Part shown: piece after piece, positions 13,101-24,019 of the stretch
Layout of the letters: each line of letters starts with the position of its first letter
Numbering within the stretch: the first letter of the stretch is position 1
Source of the DNA: Tricharina praecox
Lineage: Eukaryota
Reading direction: 5' to 3'
DNA: 64,000 nt
NCBI RefSeq assembly: GCF_024521635.1
Contig: NW_026250429.1
Location: forward strand, 1-64,000
Made by a program: the position numbers and the translations under genes
Notes under the pieces: generated by a model
The model's input: only the letters and a program-made list of their open reading frames with translations
The model's database searches: none
Told to the model about the DNA's origin: nothing

Positions 13101-14311
13101 AGGAAGAATTGGAGAAGGACGAAGGCGTCTCGTACGATGACAACAAACCCGAAGAATCAACTGCTCTAATCCCTCCTGATTACGTAGAACACAGGTGCCT
13201 CCATTCTCGGGCAGCAGCTTACAGGTAGTTGCTCACAGAGCGAGTCACAACGCAAGCCTCAGCAATTGAAGATCTCCCTCTCACAATCCTCAGTAACATG
13301 GCTACGCCAATCCAATTCCGCGCAACGCGTAGGGTTTCACGCGCACGGTTTCGCCGCCCCTATTCCTCTCTTTCCCCCTCTTTCCTTTATAACCCACTAT
13401 TAACATCCTCTCTTTCCCTCCACTCTCCTCTCAATCCACCACCAACATCCTCTTCCCATCTTCCGATTCTTCCTACACTTCTACTCCACCATCCACTTCG
13501 TCTCTTTCCCTCCCGAACGGGACCGCCCCAAATCTCCCCACGTGGGAGGTGAGCGGCGGGGAGATTAATCAGACTCCGATGAAGAGGACTCAGAGAACGA
13601 CTCAGAGAAACTCTCTGAGTCGGCTGCAATGAAGATTACTGTCAGGAGTAAGAGCTCCTGCTCGTTGAACCCGCCGGCCTAACCGTTGCGACGGTTAGGC
13701 CATTCCTTCCTGGCGGAATCTTTTCCGTTTCGTTTTGCGGCTCCATCGCCACATGCGACAGATCGCGCCCCCCAACGATATGGTTTCTGCAGGTAGGTCC
13801 CTATCTATCTATCTATTATCTAACTTCAAATAACAGTTTGTTCAAGACGCCGGAATCGAAGCATAGTAGCCCAAATGGGGCCATCTATCATCCACACTGA
13901 TCACCAAACAACCACCCGAACTGTTCTTCAGACAACCACTACGGCAGGCACCCGCAACCACGATCCGTAACCACGATCCACACTAAAGCCTCCGGAAGAT
14001 CCTTTACGCTTCGATATGGCTTCTCAAGGTAGATCTCTATCTACTTACCTATCATCCAACTTCAAATAACTAATTGCCCTTTCTAGATACCATGAAGCTG
14101 TCGCTGAACAGGCGCAAGCCGCGCCCACATCCGGCCGGCATCCCGATCTATCCAGATAGGACGAGGAGGCCAGTCTTCGCACTGATTCTCCAAATCTTTG
14201 GAGTGAAAAATTACGACCAGATCTGGTTTGATTTCCGCTTCGAGGTGCTGCGAATGTTCCGGCAACAACCGGAGGTGCTGGCCGGAATACGAGGGCTACG
14301 ATGAAGACGTG

Positions 14312-14512
14312 AAGATGAACAGACTGCATCTGCACGTGACCGACTCGCAGTTGTGGCCCCTCGAGATCCCGTCTATGCCGGAGCTCGCCGAGAAGGGTGC
14401 TTACGCCCCCGGATTCACGTACTCGCCCGAGGATCTGCAGCAGATTCTGGACTACGCCGAGGCGAGAGGTATCCAGGTCATCGTCGAGATCGATATGCCT
14501 GGACACAGCACG
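14312..14512 (+). pseudogene. Captured fragment of a GH20 beta-N-acetylhexosaminidase gene
   Basis: KMNRLHLHVTDSQLWPLEIPSMPELAEKGAYAPGFTYSPEDLQQILDYAEARGIQVIVEIDMPGHS contains the GH20 catalytic-domain motifs KxNxxHxHxxDxQ and RGIxVIxEIDMPGH. It is absent from paralog U1. Confidence 0.93.
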
Positions 14513-14775
14513 TGTTGCAGGAAGACGTGGGGAATGAAGGAGAGGGTTAGAGCTGAAGGAGTTGTTATTGTTTTTGCTTTCAATTTCATCGCGGATAACT
14601 GCATCCCCAATGACTGCGTAACCTTTCGTGCTTATCGTGACAAAATATTTATAGTAGAGTCGTAGCCGGCCAGTATTTTACATAGTACAGTGCAGCCTAC
14701 TCTTTCCCCACCCATGAACGGGATTGTACTTCAGTCACCCAGTTCGCCCGGCTTGAGGTTCCGGCAACGGCGGCG

Positions 14776-15002
14776 TGTCAGGAAAAGTGGTATCGCGAGA
14801 TGGTATATTGAGTATCAGACACGAAAAAAAGAAAGGTATATATTCGGGAAGGCTCGGGGATGCCCCGGATAGAGGCGCCACGCCGCCGCTCGGCACCTCC
14901 GTGTGAGAACGGATAACGGAAGTATCTCGATATAGCGAGTGATCGTTCATGACCCGGTCCTCGGAAGTGACGCGGTACACGGAAGTTCGTGAGATTATGA
15001 CA
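14776..15002. mobile_element. Solo LTR, family A (227 bp)
   Basis: TGTCA...TGACA ends and perfect 5-bp TSD CGGCG. Homologous to 55378-55581, and in inverted orientation to 31373-32556 and 41995-42341. Confidence 0.93.
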
Positions 15003-15419
15003 CGGCGCGATTGGGATCACCGAGTGATCGACTGTGGAGCGCCGGCAGCGTCGGCGGCGGCAGATATCGGGGTTCATGGACTCGATACCAAGAGCCTAGT
15101 CGCTATCGAAGTTCTCAGTGTCTGTATACCGCACTGTCTTTCACATAGCCATCTATCAATATATTCACATTCGTATTAATAGTCCGCAGCAGTGTGCTGC
15201 TAAATCTGGGCTACCGGTAAGGTTGAAAGAAACGGAGAGCGGTCGGGTGTAGTCGATTGACAATAGTGGTACAAGCATAGCGGAAAAACAATAAGGCGAC
15301 ATGAATCACATCAGAAACAGGTCCGTCAAGATCAATGACGCCCAGACGTAGTAGAATTATCCACCCCACAACAGATAAAGGCAGGACTGGACTAATCTAT
15401 AAATACTGCCCAGAATGGA

Positions 15420-16040
15420 AGAGTCAGCACAGAACTCTGTAGACACTGGTTCGGAACGCGACAGGGCGGGGCAAGGACCGATTCAAAAGGCGTGCCCTCT
15501 TTGCAGACGAGTAACGAGTAGTGCAGCCAGGCCATCCTAGACTTCCTTTCCTGCCCTGATGTGGGCAGACGGATCCCCGTGGTCATTGATGAAGATGCAC
15601 CGAGTTGGAGCTTCATGAGCGGGAGGACATAGCGGAGCTGAGGCAACTCGACGAGGAGCAGTGTGCTGAGTTGAAGAACCCGGCGATGTAGAAGAGCGGA
15701 CCACTGTAGAGAAGTGCGGCGGAGGAGGGACGATTTGAGTCCGCCAGTGCGGGTCCGGGGGGGGGGGGGAGGCGGATGAGCGGATAGCGTGGGGTGAGTG
15801 GAGGAGACGGACGGAACGAGAGAACGTACGTTGCCTCTTCCTAGCTTTGCCTATTTAGTGAACTCCCATACTGTCGGGAAAGGCCAGGACGGAGGGCAGG
15901 GATAGCCACGCCGGGACGTTCGACGAACGTCGAGTTGAATAGTGCCATGGAAGCGGAGGATGTATAACCGGGGCGGTTATTGCCTTGATGTACATACTCC
16001 GCATGCAATTAATGATGAAACAAAAAAACAAGAAAAGGAC
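15420..16040 (+). mobile_element. 5'-truncated LINE, 3'-UTR type B
   Basis: Decayed LVRNATGRGKDRFKRRALFADE..CSQAILDFLSCPDVGRRIP; A-rich tail GCATGCAATTAATGATGAAACAAAAAAACAAGAAAA. Confidence 0.8.
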
Positions 16041-17852
16041 GGGCCTTATTAAAAATGCTACAGCGATTCAATCTAAAGCACCCCATAGGTTTCACTGGTA
16101 TGGTGTCGCTTTATTTGTTCCTTTCCCTCCCTCCCCTTTCTTCCTACACTCGACCTTCTTCTCCTTCTCTCCCCCTTCTTCCTACTCCATCAGCAACCTC
16201 ATTTCTATCCTTCATCATCCTTACCACAATGCTACTTCAGCATCAACTTCCTTTCTAATTCCCCCCCCCTTCCACTTACTCCTACCTACTGAACCGGCTC
16301 CGGGAAATGGCCATGCGCAATCCCGTTCACCGGGAGTGCCTGGTGGCAACGATTGGAGGAAGGGAGTCGTGCACAGAATTCCCCCTGACCCAATTCCCGT
16401 TCTTCTCTCCCCCTCAACACTCGTACGATATCCTCCCACCGCTCAACAAGCCGAAACGACGAACGATCCGCACCTACCATCATAAATCACACATCAACAG
16501 CAGGTATTGCCGCCGCTACCATCGCCGGCCTCATGATCCAGCTACCAACCTGGGCTTCCAGGGCTACAGGGACCGCGCGCGGGCCGTTTGATTATTCGGT
16601 TCCGAATTCGTGTCGCGGTGGAACCGCACGATCGGAAACGGCAAATTAAAGATTTATCGGCCTCAGCATTCGGATAAACATTTTGAGGTGATGTCGCCGG
16701 CCGTTGAATAATAAGTTTTCCATTTATTGATATCAACTTTTCTTTAAGTTTTAAAGTTGTAGCTGTGGCAGTGTTGTGTCCGGACGCGAGGATGATTTCT
16801 ACGACGAAGGTGATGACCAGTGGTATTGTGCCTATCTCTTGGACTTGTATGAGGTTTCAGGCAGCCAGCTGATCATGGGATAACACTCATCATGCGCCTG
16901 GACCACGACAACAGAGAAGGACCAATGGCACTGGAAGGTCCGTATACTTCGAAGCATACACCCTCCCGCCGATTTGGCGAGAGAATTTGTACGAAGCAAA
17001 GTTATGACCTCTACGACCGCCCAAAACTGGAAGTGCACAAGAGCCACTGCCGTGGCAACAGAAGAAAGGGTTGGACTGCCCAGGGTCCTGGTGGGCTTCT
17101 GGCACAAGTCGCGTCCCGCTAGTGTGACGAGGTGGAGGAAGATAAGATGGAAGATGAGGATGCGTCCTCCTCCGAACAATCCTCCGGGGAGCACTCGAAC
17201 GGAAAGGGCGTCGAAGAAGAAGACCCGCCAGGCGACTGCTCGAACCAACTAGCAGCCAATCCACCCACGGCTGCTCAGGATTGCTCGGACGAAGATGATG
17301 CCGAAGTAGAAGACTCGTCAGACGACTGTTCGATCGAAGAAAACTCGCACGAACGTGACTCAGCCGCCGTCGAAGAAGTCAAAGCCGAACGATACCCCCC
17401 GCCAGGAGCCATCTACGGGTACCACGAAGACCCGAACTAGGAAGACGAGGAGGATGATGATGATGATGAGGAGGAGGCGGAGGAGGCGGAGGAGGATTAG
17501 CGCTGAGGGATCTATTTTTGTTTTGTTTTGAATTTTATTTTTATCACAGACAACTGCATCCTAAATGACGTTGTATCCCTTCGAGCTCGGCGCGACGCAA
17601 TATTTATAGTAGTCTCTAAGCCCGCCAGTATTCTAAATCGTGAAGTCCAGCCCAGTCTTTCCCCATTCATCGAAGGGACTCAGCTATATTCCTTCAGTGC
17701 ATTGTTGCAAATCTCGGGCGGAGCGATGGAACGACGGAACTTCAGTGGTTGTCACTCGACTCGTGCAGAATATTGTTGGTAATACGCGTGCGTATTGGGA
17801 ATCCTGTTTATTCTCATCCTTGCTTCTTCTGCTTCTGCTTCTGTCTGTTATG

Positions 17853-19390
17853 TACAGCGGTCGAAAGTGGACAAATAGCCAAACATATGTATTGTGCATT
17901 TGACATTTTGCTTTTGACGTTTTGCTACGCGCCTTCTTGCAACCCGCCGTTTTGCAACATAGCGCTGGTCGACTCACCCCACAACACAACAGAGCGCCCA
18001 CCGAGACAAAAAGAGAGAGATAAAGAGAGAGAAACAGGGAAGGCATAAGGGAGAGAAACAGAGGGCGGAAAAGAGGGCAGAAAAAGATGGCGAAAAATGC
18101 GAGAGGACGGTAGGTGACAGCGAGGAGAGGAGTTTGGTGGGGTATAGATGAGTTAGGGTTTAGATGTCGCAGTAGGCCCCACGCGATAAAACAGTCATCA
18201 CCACTACTATACCATCACTATCACTGCTAGATTTCTCCCTGCGGATAAATAGGTAGACCGGAATATGGTTATTGAGATATGGCGATCCCCTCCTCACAAG
18301 GGTGTCCCTCGCAACGAAAATGCAGACGAATGGCCGAAGCTGGCCGCAGAGGCTCCAGCAGCCGATAATCTGGCAGCGGGTGGGAAAACAGAGGGCTCGG
18401 GGAAAGGATCGCTTCAGGATCCCCGACCTCTTTGTTGATAACCGCCGCAGCGGCTCAATTCTGGAGTTCGTAGCAGCAACAGATGCAGGGACGGGAGGCG
18501 GCGGGGCGGATTAGGAACTCCTGGCGGCGAAGAGGTGAGTCTACAGAGCGGACGAGTTCTTGGAGTGTGCACCGAGCCGACGGAGCGACTGTAATGAGCG
18601 AGCGAGCCAGTTGAAGGAGCGGGCAGCAAGTCGATAGGGTGGGCGTTGTCTCCTCCTGGTGATCCGGCTAACCCCTCGCATTATGACTGGGATCGGGATC
18701 ATGGTATATCACTCGGTATATCAATGTGACGATATCACTACTCCTGGGCTCCTTCCGGCTGAGATGAGGCTTAAAACAATACCCCTTAAAGAAGCACTCG
18801 AGGTCAACACGGGTTGAAACATATCCAGCGATTTGTGAAACGAAAAACCAGTCTTCACCAGTTATTAAGGAAACTAAGATGTTTAAACCTAAAAAGCGCA
18901 AATCCAACACCAATGTGATGCACATCGTCCAAACTTGGTATGCAATAACTTCCACTCTCTGTCTGCAGTTTTACCTTGAGTTTGTTGCTCTGGCGAGGAA
19001 AATTTCTAGACAAAGAGCCTCGGCGGCATGGTGGCGGAGGTAGCGGTGGAGGCAGTGGTGGTTATGGTGTGGTGATAGCACTGTTTTTTGTTTATCACCT
19101 GGGGCCTAGTTTCTGTGATCTAAACCCTAACCCATCTCCACTCCTCCTCGCTGTCACCTACCGTTCTCTCGCAATTTTTGCTCTCTTTTTCTCTCCCTTA
19201 TGCTTTCTGTTTCCTCTCTCTTTTACTCTCTCTTTTTCTATCTCTTTTTCTCTCGGTGGGTGCTCTGTTTTGGTGCGCGGTGAGGCCACCAGCGCTGTGT
19301 TGCAACCCGGTGAGTTGCAAGACGGGGCGTAGCAAAATGTCAAATGCACAATACACATACTTGGCTATTTATCCACTTTCGACCGCCGTA
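17853..19390. mobile_element. Non-autonomous DNA transposon with about 385-bp terminal inverted repeats
   Basis: Left end TACAGCGGTCGAAAGTGGACAAATAGCCAA, right end TTGGCTATTTATCCACTTTCGACCGCCGTA. Arms about 17853-18238 and 18997-19390; flanked by GTTATG/GTTATT. No transposase recognised. Confidence 0.9.
18290..18660 (+). mobile_element. LINE C-terminal fragment inside the TIR element
   Basis: QQPIIWQRVGKQRARGKDRFRIPDLFVDNRRSGSILEFVAATDAG matches the LINE C-terminus seen elsewhere in the window. Confidence 0.75.
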
Positions 19391-19814
19391 GTTATTTCTA
19401 GCTGGTCGTCAGCTGTGTTTTACGAATAAACCAAGCGATCGAACACACACTCAAATTTCTCAACATCCATCCTGAGGTGTGTGTTGCGCGGACTGCTCAG
19501 GCCATGGGTAATGTCGGGAAGGACAGACTGCAGGCGATCGCAGTCGAATGCCAACAAAGGTGCAATTACAGAAGAAAACCCATAGGATAACATGAATCTC
19601 ATAACAAAGGCTCAGTCCTGGTCCAAAGATTGCGATCAGGGCGGACTACTTTTATCATGTCCTTGACATGGACTGGAAGGTCGGGCACAGCAAGATCTCC
19701 TCCCATCAGTGCGGACTCTTGTGTATAACACAGCTACCCTGGACGTTGGTTCTCGCAGAGCGCTTCAATGGCCGTCGGTCGACTGTAAAGTGACGTCACA
19801 TCTTTTCAGCGGAG

Positions 19815-21345
19815 ACGAGCCTCAGTAACACTGCTACGGCAATTCAATGCAAAACACCGCGTTGATTTCTCTAGCGCAATGTCGTCTTACCCATTTCTGG
19901 TCCTCCCTACCCGGCCCCCTTCTTGCTACACCGCTACACGGCTACTCCACCATGAACCTCCTCTCGCTCCCTTTCCATTCTTACTACTCCATCATCAATT
20001 TCGTCTGAACACTATCATCATTCTTGCTGCATTGCTACTACAGCATCAACTTCCTCTCCCTCCCTCGTCCTTCTTCCTACTCCATCACCAGCCTCATCTC
20101 CCTCCATCATCATTCTTCCTACAGTGCTACTTCAGCATCAACTTCCTTTCTCTGTCTCCCCCTTCACCTTCCTGCCCCTCCCTCCGTCTTGTTCCTCCTC
20201 AACCACCAACCTCATGTTCCTGCATCCTCCTTCTTGCTACAATGCTACTCCATCATCATCCTTCTTTCTCTTCCGCCCTTCGACGTACTCCTACCGACCG
20301 ATCCGCACCTGCGACCACATCTCACACATTAACAGAAAGTATGGCCGCCGTTACCATCGCCAACATCATGATCCAGCTACTAATATGGGCTTCCAGGGCT
20401 ACACACGCCACCGGTTAGTCAATCGAGGATAACCACTATGACCAGCCAGGAACTGGGGCTTCCTATTTTCGTTAGCAACGCGGTAGGAGACGCGGAATCG
20501 ACTCCATTCATGACATATGGCACGATGCTGCAAATCGAATCCATACAAGTTTATCCGCTGGGTCGTAGCCATATCTGGACGGTCGGCGTATCCAAGTTCA
20601 AGATCAAGAAGTTGGGTTACCGGGATGATTACCTGATCGCTAAAGTGGAACGAGTCGATGATTTCCCTCTTGCCGACGAGGAAGCATTCGAACAACCCAA
20701 CAGCCACTTACGTGTGAACAGAAGACGGTCCCCGCTGGCGGAGAACGTCATCAATCTGCCACAGGTCGCGTCCCACGAGGATAACAAGGTGGAGGAAGAT
20801 AGGATGGAAGATGATGGTGCGTCCTCCTCTGAACAATCCTCCGGGGAATACTCGGACGAAGATTGCGGCGAAGAAGAAGACTCGCCAGGCGACTTCGCAC
20901 GAACATGGCACGTACGACGATGACTCGGATTAGGAAGACGAGGAGGATGATGAGGAGGAGCAGGTGGCGGATTTGTGCTAAGGGAGCTGTTCTTTGTTTT
21001 GTTTTGTTTTTGAATTTTGTTTTTGTCGCAGATAACTGCATCCTACTCGTCAGACGACTACTCAGACTAGGAAGACCAGGAGGATGGCAAGCAGGAGGAG
21101 CGGTGCTGAGGGAGCTGTTTTTTTTGAATTTTGAATTTTATTTTCATTGCAAACGACTGCATCCCCAATGACATAGTATCCCTTCGAGCTCGTCGCGACA
21201 CAATATGTGTTAGTCTCGTAGCCTGCCATTATACGTGATCGTCAATTCAAGTCCAGTCTTTCCCGATTCAGCCAAGGGACTCGACCAGATTCCTCCAGTC
21301 CATCCTGAGCTGTGTGTTGTGCGGACTGCCTATGTATCTTGTCAG
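19815..21345 (+). repeat. Cassette unit U4 (LON-domain cargo, duplicated tail)
   Basis: GCTACGGCAATTCAATGC at 19833; intron GTATGG...TACTAAT...TTCCAG|GGCTAC; ACTGCATCC twice (21035, 21156). Head-to-tail with U3 and U5. Confidence 0.87.
20438..20700 (+). pseudogene. Captured fragment of a LON-peptidase substrate-binding domain (CrgA/LONRF-type RING-LON protein)
   Basis: LPIFV...PFMTYGTMLQIESIQVYPLGRSHIWTVGVSKFKIKKLGYRDDYLIAKVERVDDFPLADEEAFE resembles the fungal LON_substr_bdg segment (FMxYGTxL..PDGRS..TVGVSRF..DGY..KVERVDD..LAEEE). The FEPRYRLM segment is missing. Confidence 0.85.
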
Positions 21346-21349
21346 CAGG

Positions 21350-22570
21350 GATGAGCCTCAGTGACAATGCTACAGCAATTCAATGCAAAGCACCGCGTTG
21401 AATTCTGTAGCGCGGTGTCGCCTTACCCATTCCTGTTCCTTCCTCCCTCTTCTTGCTACACCGGCACTCCTCTCCCTCCCTCTCACTTCTTCCTACTCCA
21501 ACACCAACCTCATCTCCCTCCTTCATCATCCATACTAGAATGCTACTTCAGCATCAACCTCCTTTCTATTTCTTCCCCTTCAACTTACTCCTACCTACCG
21601 ACCGAACCGACTTCGAGAAATAGCCATGCGCAGCCCGGACTACCGGGAGTGCATGGTAACGAGTGGATGAAGGTTATCGTGGGACGTCTCCCTCACCGAA
21701 TCGCCGTTCCTCTTACGCGATCAATAATCATACGATATCCTCCCCACGCTCCACAAGCCGGAACAACGAACGATCCGCACCTGCCTCCACAAATCAAACA
21801 TCAACAGAAGGTATGGTTGCCGTTATCATCTCCGGCCTCAATATCCAGATACTTACCTGGGCTTCTAGGGCTACACCCGCCACCGATTAGTCGATCGAGG
21901 ATAACCGCAACCTCACGGCTGCTCGGACGAAGATCGCAGTGAAGAAGAACACTGTTCCGACGATTACTCGGAGCAAGAGGAGGCGGATCAGCATACGGCT
22001 GCTCGGACGAAGATGACGCCAAGGAGGCACAGTTGATTAACGAGGCACAGTTGATCAAGGAAGCACAGTTGATCGAGGAAGCACTGTTGCTCAAGGAAGC
22101 ATTGCAGTTCAAGCGAAAGAATTTGGAAGCCGATCAGCTCACAGCTACTCGAACGAAGATGGAGGTGAAGAAGAAGACTCTTCCGACTATTGCTGGGAAC
22201 AGTACGACGCCAAGGAAGCACTGTTTCTCAAAGAGGCACAGTTGTTCCACGAGGCACTGTTGTTCAAGGATGCGCAGTTGTTTAAGGAGGCCTTACTGCT
22301 CAAGGAACCGTTTCTGTTGAAGGGAGAGAATCCGGAAGCCAATCAGCTCACGGGTGCTCGGACGAAGATGGCGGCGAAGAAGGAGATTCTCCAGTGCCCG
22401 GACGAACATCACTCGTACGAAGAAGACTCGTATGACGAACACTCCGACTAGGAAGACGAGGAGGAAGATGAGGAGGAGGGGGAGGATGAGAAGGATTAGT
22501 GCTGAGGAAGCTGTTTTTTGTTTTGTTTTGTTTTGAATCTGATTTCTATCGCAGATAACTGCATCCTACT
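21350..22570 (+). repeat. Cassette unit U5 (cargo is 18-bp minisatellite blocks)
   Basis: GCTACAGCAATTCAATGC at 21369; same intron ending TTCTAG|GGCTAC; (GAAGCACAGTTGATCAAG)-like repeats at about 22020-22110 and 22212-22320; ACTGCATCC at 22558. Confidence 0.85.
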
Positions 22571-23044
22571 CACACACCTACTCTCCAGACCTCTCCGATA
22601 AACCGAAAGAGACAAGGACGGTGCCGCCTGATAGCCATGGAAAGTTTCACCTTCGACAGTATGGCGGATTCATTACCGGCTACCTTGGTCTGGTTACGTA
22701 GAGCCACCTTCCAATCACGCCCGCGCTTCTCTTGAAGTCAGTTAAACCGGTACCCGTGGAACGGATTTTCTCCAGCGACAAAAACCCTGTTGTTGTGCTT
22801 CTTTTCCATGATTTTCCCGTCCATACTGTGTGTGTCAAATATATGGTAGATAAACATGATGATAGTATTGAATGCAGCGACAATATCATGAGTAGCTCTC
22901 TCTCTATATATACAACCTTCATAACCAGGAAGTCTCTGCTTCGATCCCTTCGGAGTTCCGTGCTCCGATACCCAGTTAGAGTACGCTAAGGCCATCGTCA
23001 TCCTCGGACTTCCCATATTCTGACAGCGTGAATCCATGGTCTCT

Positions 23045-23440
23045 GGCTTTTTTTTTCTGTTTAATCATTGATTGCATGCGACCTAACTAGATCATAGCAA
23101 TATAACCCCGTTCACCCCCCGGTTTCCACGCCACTGTCCAAACCTAACTTTCGTCAGGCGGCCCGATGTGGCTTCCCCTGCCCTCCGCCCTGGCCTTTCC
23201 CGAAAGTTGGCCTCTCCGCCGTTCGCAGTCGCCCCCACGCCCTCGAGTCATCTCACCTCCATTGCAACTTTCCAGACCGCTATTCTGCGTCGCTGGACTC
23301 CTCAGCTTCAGTACCCTCCTCCCAATCAGCTTCAGCACCCTCCTCCTCCTCCTCGAGTCGCGTCAGCTCCACTCTCTCTTGGTCTCCAACCTGCCCCGGC
23401 GGAGCATGGTGTACATCGCGGTCCGGCCGGGTGAGCATCG
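23045..23440 (-). mobile_element. LINE type B 3' end
   Basis: Reverse complement of the GCATGCAATCAATGA..AAACA tail; aligns with 25592-25900; QERVELTRLEEEEEG. Confidence 0.75.
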
Positions 23441-24019
23441 GTAATAGCGATCTAGAATCACGAAGGTATATTGAATGATCTGGTGCGAAAATAGATGTTA
23501 GTCTCATTCCAGAACTGATCGGAGAGCTCGGCTCGGGTATGGTCTGGGATCGTGTCCATACCCTCGAACAGTTACCCAGTTGAACCGAGTTGAGCCAACG
23601 AGCTGGTAGCGTCTTTGCGTAGAATTCGGAGTGTTAAGTTGGGTTTCTGGGTGTCCGATTTGTTGATGGTGCAGTTTGCAAATAATATTCTACCCAGTTG
23701 AACGATTACTGTACTGGTAGTTTGAACGAAGCTTGGTCGAAACTTTTAAATGGATGAGTTCCTGAACATCACGCTTCCCGTTTCGGCTCCAGATCACTTT
23801 TGCACCATCATCTTCCGTAGTAGCCTAGAAACCACTGCCCTAAACCTTCTTGGTGTCCATCTATTGGCAGAAAACGTCAGCGGCCTGATATCGGACGAAC
23901 GAATAGTCGAGCCGCACTTACTACTTCCTCTTCCCGGTCTATCGCTAGTACGAGAGGGTTGAGATAATGCATCCAGTCGATCAGCGCCGGTGGTAGACTC
24001 TTTGAATCGCTCTACCGAG

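Larger units (their letters stand above)
13165..15400 (+). repeat. Cassette unit U2 (paralog of U1, with GH20 insert and solo LTR)
   Basis: GCTACGCCAATCCAATTC at 13301. Last exon MKLSLNRRKPRPHPAGIPIYPDR...FGVKNYDQIWFDFRFEVLRMFRQQPEVLAGIR matches 4743-4952. ACTGCATCC at 14598; the spacer resumes at about 15250 (GGCGACATGAATCACATC). Confidence 0.85.
17703..19465. mobile_element. Solo LTR, family B, split by a TIR element
   Basis: TGTTG...CAACA ends; TSD TGCAT/TCCAT. The empty site CAGTCCATCCTGAG is visible in paralog U4 (about 21296-21309). The two halves rejoin to match intact 35648-35905. Confidence 0.9.
16045..19830 (+). repeat. Cassette unit U3 (unique cargo about 16575-17100; spacer interrupted by a nested LTR)
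   Basis: GCTACAGCGATTCAAT at 16057; conserved intron GTATTG...TTCCAG|GGCTAC (about 16504-16561). The acidic tail 17101-17245 aligns with 20758-20905. ACTGCATCC at 17553. Confidence 0.85.

Noticed and set aside
18153..19133. TTAGGG/CCCTAA telomere-like motifs
   Set aside because: Only one to two units, part of the TIR arms; not a telomere array.
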